DNA from: Moniliella sp. 'wahieum'
Taxonomy: Eukaryota
Direction: 5' to 3'
DNA: 64,000 bases
Assembly: GCA_003971905.1 (NCBI GenBank)
Contig: RSEE01000005.1
Span: forward strand, 806,001-870,000
Shown: positions 52,268 to 64,000 of the stretch, one piece after another
How positions within the stretch are numbered: position 1 is the first letter of the stretch
Layout: each line of letters starts with the position of its first letter
Notes under the pieces: model-generated
Seen by the model: only the letters and a program-made list of their open reading frames with translations
What the model was told of the DNA's origin: nothing
Database searches by the model: none
Program-made: the position numbers and the translations under genes

Positions 52268-54508
52268 ATGGATGATGCCCCTGGTCGGCTGGACGCATCC
52301 CAACGTCCCGCTGCCCCCGTGCCGGCCGTGGCTCAGCCTCCAGCCCATGCGACTCAGGATTCAGGGCTGGGCCTGGCCAGCCTGGCCTCTGCCTCCTCCT
52401 TATACTGCCCCCCATTCGCACCACCGCGCAGACATCCACCACCACCCCCATCGCCAACGCATGCCTCCTCCGCCCCGCTTTGTCCCCCACGACACCTCCG
52501 CCGCTGCCCCCCGCGGCAACCTGCCGCCCCCACGACAGCCCGGCGCCCCGCGCAGCTGCCGTATCCAACAGCAGCCGCGACTTCCCCCCCAGTCCTTCTT
52601 TGTACAGCGCCCGCACAGCCGGTACCGAAGCGTCTCTTTCTACGCCCACCGCCTCTGTCGCTGCTGGCAACGCAGCCGCGTGGGACACGCGACCTGAGCC
52701 TGATGACTACCTCCACGACCCTCATAGCAAGGATTCGGGCGGCGGCATGGACTTGCGTGGCTTCTTTAACGTGTTTTTGTCCTCCTCATCGTCGTCGGCC
52801 TGTTGATGCTCTTTGCCGGCTACCCCCTGCTGGACCACTACCTCAGCCACCCTTCCAACCGCATGCAGCTCAACGCGTCTGGTCAGATTGGCTCCCTCCC
52901 TGTACGCCAGCTCATCGATCCTGATACGCCCTCTTCTGCCAACAGCTGGACGAGCCAGTCGGGAAGTAAGTACTCTCTCGTCTTTTCCGACGAATTCAAC
53001 CAACCCGGCCGCACCTTCTTTCCGGGTGACGACCCTTTTTGGGAGGCGGTCGACATTTACTATGGCGCTACCGTCGACTATGAGTGGTACGCCCCCGACG
53101 CGATCAACACCACCGATGATGGCGTCCTGCAGATCACCATGACCGAAAAGGAAACCCACAACCTCAACTTTCAATCAGGGATGCTCCAGAGCTGGAACAA
53201 ACTTTGCTTCCAAGGTGGCTACCTCGAGATGTCCGTCAAACTGCCAGGCACCCAAGAAACCCGTGGCTTTTGGCCCGGTCTTTGGACGATGGGCAACCTG
53301 GGTCGGCCAGGCTACCTGGGCTCCACCGATGGAATGTGGCCGTGAGTTTGCTTTTCTTTTTTCCCCTTCGTTCATCCATCCGTGCATGGGACGTGTTTTT
53401 ATTGAGCCAAAATAATGGCGGGCTAACGCACTGTCTCCTGATGCCAGCTATTCCTACGCCCCTGCGACTGGGGTACCTTGCCCAACCAGACCAATCCCGT
53501 AGGGGATGGCCCAGCCAAGGTCCTCCACGCAAATGGACCCTACTCTAAGCAGTACAAAGGCCTCCTCTCCTACCTCCCTGGCCAACGAACTTCGGCGTGC
53601 ACTTGTCCGGGTGAAGACCACCCCGGGCCAGACGTGACGGTCGGACGCTCTGCTCCCGAGATTGATATTGTTGAGGCGCAAAATTCCAACAAGGTGGGCA
53701 AGGCGAGTCAAAGTTTGCAGGTATGTTTTACCCTTCTCTTTTGGTGGGGCATGCGTCCTCATGTTGGAACTGATTGGGAGATGCTGGCGGCGACGCTCTG
53801 ATGATGAAGAGACGGGTTACTAACCAACTGATGGTGATGGACCACAACAGGTTGCCCCGTACGACACGGATTACTGGTGGCACAATGCGAGTGCCAAGTT
53901 TTGGGGCGACACCGAGCCCAATTCGTATACAGGCTCGGTGTACCAGGAAGCTGTGTCAGGCGTTTCTACCATCCCTTCCACGGCGTACATAGATGCCGAA
54001 GGCTCCCAATTTACCACCTTTGGTATCGAAGTCATTCCCGACTTTTCTCTCAACGGGCAGGGAAGCATCACCTGGTACATGGCCGACAAACCTACGTGGC
54101 AAGCCCCCTCGGCTGTCGTACCCGCCGATCACACCGTTAACATTTCTCAGCGGATCATCCCGGTGGAACCAATGTCGATCGTGATGAACCTTGGTACGCC
54201 CCTCTTACCTCCCCTTTTCTTCAGGGGAAAAGCAACTGTTGCTAACACAGAAAAAATACAGGCATCTCTGCAGGCTTCCAGGCGGTCCACTTTAACGAGA
54301 TCACGTTCCCCGCCAAGATGCAAATCGACTATGTTCGCCTGTATCAGCCGGCCGGCCAGAAACCAGTCTGTTGAGCTGCGACCCAGCGGACCATCCGACG
54401 GCCAAGTACATCCAAGACCACATCGATGTCTACATGAACCCCAACCACTCTGTCTACCCGAGGGAGCAATATGGCTGGCCCAAAAATCGCTTGATGGAGA
54501 CGTGTTGA
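52268..54508 (+). CDS. KRE6: KRE6/SKN1-like GH16 beta-1,6-glucan synthesis-associated protein
   Basis: EPDDYLHDP, LIDPDTP, LVFSDEFN..GRTFFPGDDPFWEAVD, SGMLQSWNKLCFQGG, WPGLWTMGNLGRPGY, GRSAPEIDIVEA, YQEAVSG, IPVEPMSIVMNLG. Three introns. Confidence 0.95.
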
Positions 54509-54922
54509 CGATGATAATGTCCTTTTTCTTTTCTCTGTTGGTTTTGGTCGTAACGCGCACGTGTTGCCAAGGCTGCTGTTTTGCCTCTCTTTTTTCTATC
54601 CATTGCCCTTCTGTTTTGCTGTCACTGCTGCTCTTTTTTGTGTTCGTGCTGCCCCTCCCCCCCCCCCCCTCCCTTGCGATGTGCTCCCTCTGTCACCACC
54701 CTCACACTCGTTCCCGCTGTACGCGCTGTATGATTGATTGGCTCGTCCCAAATCTCTTCTCGAACCACTTACTATAAAGCAGCGTAATTTGTGCAGTTGG
54801 GGTACATTCTCTCTTACTAGCATCTGATAAGTTAGCACCCTGCTGAGTCTTCCGAGGCTGATGGGTCCGAAGCACCACGGGCGTCTGCAGGCCGGTAGGC
54901 TGGGGGGGGGGGGGGGTACGGG

Positions 54923-55782
54923 CTAGGGCTTGTCGGATACCGTCCTCTCCTCGGGAGCAAGGTACTTGATCACCTTGGCCGGCACGCCGACGGCCACTGC
55001 AAACGAAGGAATGTCGGACGTGACCACGCTGCCTGCGCCGATCGTCACATTGTCCCCAATCGTCACGCCCGGCATGACGGTCGAGTTGCCGCCGAGCCAG
55101 CAATCGCGCCCGATGGTGATAGGCAACGCACGTTCCGCTCCGCTAGCCCGCTCCACGGCGCTGATGGAGTGGGTGGCGGTGTAGAGGTGCACATTGGGTC
55201 CCAGGAGGGTGCCCGTACCAATCCGGATCTCGGCCACATCCACCAGGTGAGCGTTCCAGTTGGCATAAAACGTGCCTTCGAGCTTGATGTTGCGGCCATA
55301 GTCAACGTACATAGGCGGCTCAAACTCTACCCCTTCGACTTGGGCAAGGGGAACGTTGAGCAGCTGGGCCAGCAGCGCCTTGCGCTCCCCCCCATCACCG
55401 CTTGTCCGTCCTCGTGAGTCACCCCGCCCTGGCTACCGCCCACGCCGGCAGGCATCTGCCCGGGCGCCAGGTCCGGCACCGCCTCCACCGCATTGGGCAC
55501 CGAGTGGTTGTACTTGTAATACAGGTGGCGCGCGATCAGCCGGTTGCGCACCATTTCGGGATCGTTGGCAAAGTACGTGAGCCCCGCCTTGGACTGGAAG
55601 AACGCAGACGGGGGGGGGAGGTCAGGTTAGTATAACCAGCCGGTTGTCTGGCCATCCGGAACGTAGACGCACCCGCTCGGTTTGGCTCATCTGGGCCAGC
55701 TGCTCGGGGTGTAGCTGGCCTCGATCTCGGCGAAGCGGTCGGCGGTCGACTTGCGCGTCGTCGTGGTTGGTGCAGCGGCCAT
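54923..55782 (-). CDS. Maltose/galactoside O-acetyltransferase (left-handed beta-helix)
   Basis: EPPMYVDYGRNI...FYANWN..LVDVAEIRIG...GPNVHLYTATH...PITIGRDCWLGG...PGVTIGDNVTIGAGSVVTSDIP..VAVGVPAKVI. Confidence 0.93.
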
Positions 55783-56435
55783 AGCGAGAGGTGCGACGGA
55801 GAGGTGAGAGGGGGAGGAAGGTAAGATGGATGGCGGACGTCGGCGTAGCAACGGGATGATAAGCTCGCCTTTTAAATACGCGGGCCCCTGTGCGCGAATT
55901 GAGTACACGTACATCCGCTCCAACTCATCATCACTGGCCTCGGGGGCAGCCGGGCAGGGCGGGGCTATGCATTTCTTGGCAGTGCGCCGACGCTTGGCCG
56001 CGGGCAAGTACGAGGTGGAGCCTGCTGGCTTCGATATGCGAGGCTGCCGACGTGGCCTGGCCACGTGGCACGCCTCTCGGTCCAACTTCGGGCGACACTC
56101 CCTCTTCCTCCCACATCGCATCACATGCATCACCCTATTACCCGGCCACACCCGGTGCTACTCCGACACGTGACGTCGCGCATCACCGTCGTCACGTGAT
56201 GTAGCGACCCCCTCCATCTTGGCCAGCTCGTCAACCTCCACCAGCCCCCCGTGTCCGCTAACCAGTTGCCACCAGCACACGTTACCCTTCACGTGTCTGG
56301 GAGGGGGAGAGGGACGGTTGGTAGCGATACTGGGAAGCAATGCCACACCTGTCAGCAGCACAATACCCAAACGCTTACCCGAGATGTGCACTCGTCGCTA
56401 GAGATATAGCAAACCACAGAGCAGCAACGTCATTA

Positions 56436-56733
56436 TAGTTTGGCTGATCTTGCTCCCGCTTCCAACTTCCTCGTCCCGAGCGTCTCGCTCTTTCCCTGTT
56501 TCTTCCACTTCGCACCATGTCCTTTGTTCTTGCTTCTTCCCCACGAACGATAATGTCACAGTCGAGGCTAATGCGAGGGAGACCAGAATCGAGACTAGGT
56601 CAAAAGGGATGTAGCAATCGTTCGTGGGGAAGAAGCAAGAGCAGAAGACATTATGGTGCGAACAAACAGAGAAAGAGCGAGACGCTCGGGACGAAGAGAT
56701 ATTTTGGAAATGGGAGCGAGATCAACCAAACTG
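56436..56733. mobile_element. MITE-like foldback element (~115-bp inverted arms, ~65-bp spacer)
   Basis: Arm 56436-56551 is the reverse complement of 56617-56733, with a perfect core tcttgcttcttccccacgaacgat. The ends ta|tagt...actg|tg resemble decayed TA|CAGT...ACTG|TA. Confidence 0.75.
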
Positions 56734-56969
56734 TGACATATGATACTGATGCTGGTGAAGTAAGAGAGTAACACACAGGAGTTGCCTGGTGGGTCAACGA
56801 TGGATTGGCAAAGGATGTTGTACAACAACGAAAGGCGAAGAGAAGAATAAGCGAATTGTGGGCGAAGAAGGCGAAGTAGGCGAAGGAAATAACGAAAAAA
56901 AAAAAGACGAAATGACCCGCTAGTAGGGAGAAAGGAACATGGTGGATCAAGCTGATCAATTAAGGGTCA

Positions 56970-57206
56970 CGAGGAGGACCACCGGGCCTACGGCCCAGTC
57001 GGCTGGGGCTTCGCCCCAGCTTGGTGCTGCGTCGCCACCTTAGCCACCGTAGCCACCGTTCCACCGGCCACCGTTCCACGCTGGAAAGACGAAATAATAT
57101 CACCGATTGTTGCTGGTGGCTGGGACGGGTGGCTGCGCCACCCGGTGGCTGACGTGAGGCTTATGTAAAAAGTGCACAGGCGTTTCCCAGCTATATTCTC
57201 TAGGGA
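56970..57206 (-). mobile_element. Non-autonomous Helitron (copy 2, uninterrupted, ~237 bp)
   Basis: A|TCcctagagaatatag 5' end, twin GC hairpins, and a CTCG|T 3' end. Near-identical blocks to 10929-11273. Confidence 0.78.
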
Positions 57207-58614
57207 TATACAGACAGGATCTATAAAGGATGGACAACACAACGAAGGGGGAAGGAATCGGGATCAGCGGCGCTCAGATAGGAACACACACTAAGTAGCA
57301 GGGAAAGGTTCCCAAACTCAACCAGGAACAGGAACTGCCAAAAATGATGTGGATGATGTATGATGAGCTTCTGCAACACGCATGATCCTGCCCCGCCTAT
57401 ATTACAGGCTCTCCATTGGAAAATTGGGAGTAGCACGACTCCTATAGGAGCCTGGTAGCCTCGGCTAGAATTCACAGTGAGTGCATATGGTTCGACGGAC
57501 TGAACCCACTCAACATCTGAAACCCCCCAACTGCCGCGATGAAGCCGGTGATGACAACACTTTTTTGACCACATCCGTGATCGATGATCTATGACGTGTG
57601 ACCACATGTGGCCAGGCTGCTTCGCCCCAATCCAAGGTTCCAAGCCCTTGAGAGCCTATCTTAGAGAGACATAAGGCCTAAGGCCCCTAAGGCCGCCCCC
57701 AATGTGGGGAAACGCGTATGAACGAAGGGGGGTCTATATACTACCAGTGGCACAGATATATAGGGTCAACAGCGGTTACCGGTTAGCAAGTCGGGCCGGT
57801 AAAACTAACCATGGTGTCTTCCTCGTGAACCGGTGTTGAGAGCCTTTCTGTTGAGAAACAGAGGTATACCATAACCACATCCGCGTGCGCTCAGTCGTAC
57901 GTACACATAAAATATAGCTGCGTCTATTCTGTACTATCTGGGCGACGCGTCACCGAACCCTCACCACACTCTTCCCCACAATTCAATTTCCATATAAGTG
58001 CCCCCTCATCCTCCAGCCGCTTCTATTGTACGTGCCAGTAACATTCTCCCTTAATATAGTCGTATTACTATGCGCCCCACTCGTCATCGATTTTGGCTGC
58101 TGTGTGCCTTCGGCTCCGGCCTGGAGACTAATAAGCGCTCAGCTCAGGTCACCCGGTCACAGGAGGGCGGGGCAACCGCGGGCTGAGCGGCTGAGCTACG
58201 CTGGGGGCCCAACATCCACAACCATAGAGACAACAATAATTCGCCAACCTTTCTCTTCCCCAATCAGCTGACTCCTCAATTGAATTGTGGCTTGCTTGGC
58301 CAGCAAGACGGCCACAGCTAGCTACACTAACAATGGATTAATGACGGCGAGAGGCTTGAAGCTTGAAGCTTGACGATTGTGAGGGAGTGACAACGCGGGG
58401 TAAAGCTAGAAAGACTGTGGTATAGCCGGCCAACAAGTCGGGTTTAAAGTGGACTGTCGCATTCCCCCCCCTACCCCCTTCTCCCCACGCATGTGCCTAC
58501 ATACGCACTCACACATGCTCTGCGACAACTGCAAAAGTCTCTGGGACAACAGCAAATTGCCACCGTTGCCCCTGGACGCTTTTGCAGGGCAGCCTGGCGT
58601 GCGTGGGTTCCTAG

Positions 58615-58623
58615 TATATAAAG
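58615..58623 (+). promoter_or_regulatory. TATA box of the ADH gene
   Basis: TATATAAAG about 100 bp upstream of the ATG at 58715. Confidence 0.6.
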
Positions 58624-58714
58624 ACACAGACACTTGTGATACGGCACAGTTGCTCTTCCCCAGCACCTCTCCCTTCACACTCCACTCATCCCAACACACC
58701 GCCTCCGTACAACC

Positions 58715-59920
58715 ATGTCTTTTCACGACCCCGTGAGCACGACTTGACGGTTCCCACCACTGCCACCCGCGCCATCTTCGACACTGTCGGGGGCCCGATC
58801 AAGTTTGAGAAATACGACCCCTCGGCCATTCCGCTCAAGGAGGGGGAGTGTCTCGTGCGCATCCTGTACAGTGGCGTGTGTCATTCGTACGTCTCTTCCC
58901 CCGTTTTTATTCTGTCATTTCTATGTTTTCCCCCGGGATGAGGCATAAAACACCTCAAAGTGTTCCGTCTGCTGAGATCATAAACATAGCGACTTGCATG
59001 CCAAGAAGGGCGACTGGCCTTTCCCTACGCGCCTGCAGACGACGGGCGAGCCGCTAGTGGGCGGGCACGAAGGGACCGGCGTGGTTGTCAAGTTGACTCC
59101 ATCGGCGGAAGGGTGGGTCAATAAGGGCGATCGAGTGGGCATCAAGTGGATTGCGTCGGCGTGCCTTGATTGCGACTATTGTCGCGAAAGTTTCGAGACG
59201 AACTGCCCCAAGCAAGAAAATTCGGGGTACACGGTTGACGGTACCTTTCAGCAGTATGTGGTTGCTCCGGCCAAATATGTTACTCCCATCCCTGCCGATG
59301 TGAGCATGATCGAAGCGGCCCCGATTCTCTGTGCCGGTGTCACGGTCTTCCGCGCATTGAAAGAAGCCCATCTGCAGGCTGGTAGATGGGTCGTGATCCC
59401 CGGTGCAGGCGGTGGACTGGGCCACCTGGCCGTCCAGTATGCCGTCGTGTCTGGCTACCGCGTCATTGCCATCGACACGGGTGCAGAGAAAGAGGCGCTT
59501 GTCAAACGCTTGGGCGCCGAAGTCTGGATCGATTTCCTGCAATGCCAGGATATGGTCGGCACCATCAAGGAGGCCACGGGCGGCATGGGCGCGCACGCGG
59601 CCGTCGTGGCTGCTGGGGCGGAGCGAGCGTATAACCAGGCGTTGGAGTACCTCCGCCCGCGCGGAACGTTGGTTGTCATGGGGCTCCCTCCGGGCACGTT
59701 CATCAAGGCGGATGTGTTCTGGACGGTGGTGACATCCAAACGGATTATTGGATCGGCGGTGGGCAATCGACAGGACGCTATCGATGCTCTACGCCTGGTG
59801 GAGCGCGGCAGGGTGAGGGTTCAGTACGAGCTCAAGGGCTTATCGGAGCTAAACGAGGTGTATGAGGCCATGGATTCTGGGAAGTTAGTGGGGCGGATTG
59901 TGATTGATGTGGACAAGTAG
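58715..59920 (+). CDS. ADH: Zn-dependent alcohol dehydrogenase (yeast ADH1-like MDR family)
   Basis: YSGVCHS, intron, DLHA; VGGHEG; GDRVGIKW; CLDCDYC...C; APILCAGVTV; PGAGGGLGHLAVQYA. Confidence 0.96.
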
Positions 59921-60299
59921 CTCCGGGGAGAAAGGAGAGGTGGGTGTATGTGAACGATTGATTTTTCTTCTTTTTTGTCGTGTTATATCCATAGATCTGA
60001 TCCACTCCATAATACTTTTTGCTCTTCATCAGTACGTCCCTAATAGTATGCATTGCATCCATGCAGTATTCACTTATCCCAAGCGCCGAGAAAAGGTTAT
60101 CTCATGCAGGCTGTTGTGTGCCAATGCCGCTGGACTCGGCTCAGCTTTCACTTGGCAAGAGAGCAGCACTGTGATGCAGTGATGAGATCTGGAGTCCGCG
60201 GATGGTCCTCGAGGATGATGCAATCGCACTGATGGCGGTTGTGGACTAAGCCAGCCAGCAAAGCTTATAGACTAGGAACATCAAACAGCGAGCCGCCAT

Positions 60300-61082
60300 C
60301 AGGGGCTAAGCTGCGGAAAAAGGAAAACAAGAGAGAAAATAATGGAACTCCTAATAGGCCTGAGGAGGATCTGAGGGGACTTTAGCCAACGCACGAGCCA
60401 CCCGGTGGCTCAACACATTGCTCTCTTACTAAATCTTATACTCCTGCCCACGACTGCATCCTTTTCACGGCGAGTAAAGTTTTCACGCCAACAGTGTCAA
60501 TATGTGGCTTGTGTCAATGACACTGCCGTGTCATATGAATATGTGAATCACTTGTTCTCTCAGATCTCACGATCTCACCACCAATACAGGAACACACCAG
60601 CGGAGAACTGGAGTTCCATCCAGAAGGTATTATATTAGTGGTGCGAGACAGCCGCCATGGCATAGAAACTTCAAGCTTCATGCGGGTGCGCCTCCACAGC
60701 TCATATGTCTCTCTTGGCACACGCATGGGGGAATGTCGGGATGATAGAATGAAGGTCCATTCATCACACTCACTCAAAAGCGTCGGCACAACAGTTATAT
60801 ATATTAGAGTTTTGCTTTTCAACCAAACGCCTTTTTTTCCAGTCTCACACATGCTATGCCCTGTTTGCCCGGGCCGGGGACCCTTGAATCAATAATCACA
60901 TCAATTATCGCCTGTGTGCAACATTCCCGGTTCCAAAAGAAACTATATTGAGCCACCGGGGGTAGCTAGTGCTTTGGCCAACGTTCCTTCAGTTCTTCCA
61001 CAGGCCTCAGGGAGGCCTCAGGCCTATAGGAGCTCAGTCCTGGGTTTTCTCTCTCCTGTTTTCCTTGTTCGCAGCTTGGCCC
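60300..61082. repeat. Diverged ~130-bp inverted repeat pair (60300-60427 and 60935-61082)
   Basis: ttgagccaccggg...aggcctat.aggag...ttttctctc..tgttttcctt...cgcagctt.gccc is present in opposite orientations. Confidence 0.7.
60600..60830 (-). mobile_element. Possible RTE-like LINE ORF2 remnant
   Basis: LKSKTLIYITVVPTLLSECDEWT resembles the post-RT motif KxxxYxxxVxPxLLYGxExW, followed by KLEVF. Heavily decayed. Confidence 0.35.
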
Positions 61083-61194
61083 GCGCCACTCGATCATTGC
61101 ATTGTCCGCTGGTGTTGTCACGGGCGGGCGCCGCCAGGGGGCCCGCCCTGGGTTCTTTTTGGGTACAATCCCTTAGGCGACGGTAGGTCGACTC

Positions 61195-63365
61195 ACGGTA
61201 GTTTCGGGCTTAGGCTGGTTGGTGTGTCCGAGCGGAGCTAGGACGAGGAGAGGCCTTTGGTGGGGCGGCTGCACGTGTGGCAAGGCTGCGTCTGCACCGG
61301 CTTGGGCCGTAGTACGTGTCTGAAGCCCTCCGGGACTTAGGGACGGGAGGAGGCAGCGGCGGACAAACACTGCCTTAACTGGGACTGGGAATCGCCGCGA
61401 CCGAAGGAGGGCTCGCGCGATTGGACTGACGAAGGGCTGGAGGACGAGGTCGGAGGAGATGTCGGACGCTAACAAAGGAGCTGCCTGTACTGGGTCAATT
61501 GGCTGGAAACGGGCAGGAGTCGGACAGGATAGGCGGGAAGGGACGAAGGTGGAGACGAGAGATGACGAGAGATGACGAGAATGGAAGGTGGGGGAAAAGA
61601 TCCCCATCAACCAGGGGTACAGGCAGGATCAAAAGGGAAACGGATACAAGAGGGGGTGTAGAAAGGAAGACATGTCAAAAGCGGGGTTGGTCGCCACAGG
61701 CGCGACCGAGAAAGGAAATGGAAACGGGGACGGGACGGCAGATGCCGCCACGGCACTGGAAGCTCGGTGGCCCTATTTAGGCCGGCCGACTTGGACTTGG
61801 GCGGGGGGCGACTATTGTCGCGCGGAGCATGGCCCTTCGGCCACGATACTTAATTTAGCCAACCATCATCACATTTGATTGGCCTGCGGTGCACGCTCTA
61901 CTTGGCATGTGCGGAGCAGGCGGGCCTTAGCTTGGGTCGGACCATCTCGTGTCCGCCGCAGCCCGTGACAGGTGTCTACCTCCGGGGATGTTGTTGTAAA
62001 ACGTGAGGGATGATAATTTTGGCCTAGAAGTACAGAGAGTACTAGGCTGCTATACTGGAGAACACACACCAGCACAGATAATTATAAGACCACACAATCT
62101 GTTCTGTTGTGTTGGGTTAGGCCATATTGCGAGACAGGGGGCGAGAGCCCCATTTCCTTTTCCCACCTCTCGCCCTCGCCATTGGAGTGTAGTATCCTGT
62201 CTCTGACCCATGACCGCGCTGCTGCGCCTTCTCGTTAACCGCGTGACCGCGTGGAACCTCGTTCAGGTTCGACTATGATCGGTGGACATCCCAAAACGGG
62301 TACTTCCTTCCTTGATGAGCATACAACAGTATAAAAAGGACAGCGGGCAAGATGCTTACGCACTGGAAGGATTTGACTACTGAATCTCAATGGAAATGGT
62401 TCCTCACTCGGATGTTTACCACGTTCATCCGTGTCCACACGCGCTACCTCGGGTATGGGAATGGATGGCGGGCACCAGAGGGTCATGGTATCCTATAGCG
62501 ATTCCCCTGCGGTTCCTTAACAGGGGTGGCGCTACCAAGCAACACGCAAGATGAACGGGTCGGTTTAGGAGTAGCGTTTTCCCGCCCCAGCCTTAAGGTC
62601 TGTCAATGATATGTGGATGCAGAATAAAAGCACAGACACACAACAAGATCGATGTCCAGGGTACCCTGATCTTCTATTACCATATGGCAGGACCCACCAA
62701 AAAGTGTGCAACCCTACTGCTCCCCGACCTGCACGTGACGGGGGGGCTGGCTGCGCCAACTATCGGGCATATGACAGAGTCGCGTCGACGCGTCCCTCCA
62801 CTCCCTTAAAATGCCCCCTACCCGTGCTCACTGGGGGTGCCCCCATTGCCGCACCAACGACCACACTCGCGCACAGTGTTCCTTCAATCCACGCCGAGAG
62901 TTGTGCCGCCCTGCCGTCGCCATGGCCACAAGGCTGCCGACTGCGGTAGTTTCGGGTTTGGGCTATTTGATGGATCCGAGCCGAGGAGAAGCCGGCGTGA
63001 AGCCGAGGCGGCCGCACGCGCGGAAAGGCTGTGTATGCGCCGGCTTGGGGGTAGTAACGTGTCTGAAGCCTCCGGAGCTTAGGGACGGGTAGATGCTGTG
63101 GAGGACAAAGACTGCCAGGGCTGAAGCTGGGCGGGGGCGGCTGTGGACGTAGCTGTGAAAGGAACCCACGCGATACGCTGAGGAAGGCTCGCGTGACTGG
63201 GCGGATGGAAAGCTGGAGGACGAGGTTGGATGATGAAGATGAGGCAGCTAAGTGGAGACGAGAGGTTGCCTGCATTACTCAATCAGTTGGCCGGAAACCG
63301 TCAGGAGTTGGACATGAAAGGTGGGAAAGGACGAGAATGGAAGGTGGGATAAAGGATCCCCACTG
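61195..63365 (+). repeat. Diverged ~400-bp direct repeat pair (61195-61610 and 62943-63365)
   Basis: Shared blocks in the same order: cggtagtttcggg, cgtgtctgaagcc...cttagggacggg, gctggaggacgaggt, gacgagaatggaaggtggg..aa.gatcccca. Confidence 0.75.
62335..62645 (+). mobile_element. RLE retrotransposon 3' fragment (copy D)
   Basis: gacagcgggcaagatgct...aatggaaatggttcctcactcggatg...ccttaaggtctgtcaatgatatg, then aataaaa and a CA-rich stretch. Confidence 0.78.
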
Positions 63366-64000
63366 ATCGAGGATGCTGACTGTTGGCTGACCCTGTTTTG
63401 GTAACCCCCTCCTGTCTAAGCCCCACCGGACTGGCATATAGATGTTGACAGAGCGAAGCAGAGACGAAGCTGCTAGAATGGTTCAGCTGCAAAGCAGTCT
63501 TCAGACAAGGCGTGAAGGTAATGTGGTGGGCCATAAGTCTTCAGGTGTGACGGGCGAGCGCTGGCTGGCGGGCCAGCGGAGCTTACACCCCAGGGGCGGG
63601 CCCCCTGGCGGCGCCCGCCCATGACACAATGGACCGTCCGGGGTTCCCAAGGCAGGTCCTTAAGGTTCGTCGTTATCTAGGGCTGGACCCGTTCAAGCCT
63701 GCGCAAGTCGTATGCCGTTTTTCACCGTTTCCGTTTTTCCCCCTGTCGGGCAGACGTGCCCTCCCGTTTTTCACCCCAGTCCTTGAGCGCATCCTCCGTT
63801 TTCTGTCCGAGATGCCAAGGCGTTCTTTCCGTTTCCCGTTTCCCACTCTGTTGCGACGATGCCCTGGTTGGCCTTTCCCAATCGTTGCACCCCGATGGTT
63901 GCCCCGGCTTCCGATGGTTCTGTTGCTTGGCCAGCTTCTTGCCCTCGTCGCCGCTTCAAATTCGAATGGCTTTGAAACTTTATTCTCGGTTCGTTTATTT

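Overview
Eukaryotic genomic DNA, most likely from a basidiomycete fungus (short GT-AG introns with CTRAC-type branch sites). The assembly is error-prone: most conserved genes carry 1-bp frameshifts, so gene boundaries are approximate. Recognisable genes are an MFS sugar transporter, a secreted RlpA/DPBB (loosenin-like) protein, tRNA-Tyr with intron, ATP14, TBP, a ribosomal-L1-domain protein, a DUF4536-like protein, a Zn2Cys6 transcription factor, the PKA catalytic subunit, a Pho85-type cyclin, a CRAL-TRIO protein, Iml2/TTC39, Sip5, PDH protein X, an intronless bacterial-looking threonine/serine dehydratase, KRE6/SKN1, a sugar O-acetyltransferase and a Zn-dependent alcohol dehydrogenase. Intergenic DNA holds five fragments of an RLE-type (CRE-like) non-LTR retrotransposon family, a non-autonomous Helitron family (one copy carries a nested retroelement fragment), a MITE-like foldback and probable Gypsy/LINE remnants. 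The most striking signal is a rule-based sequence pattern in non-coding DNA: TNA triplets repeated at 7-bp period and separated by 4-bp palindromes built from the two bases flanking the TNA. Comparing repeat copies indicates these are insertions, consistent with repeated hairpin-type break-repair or excision footprints.
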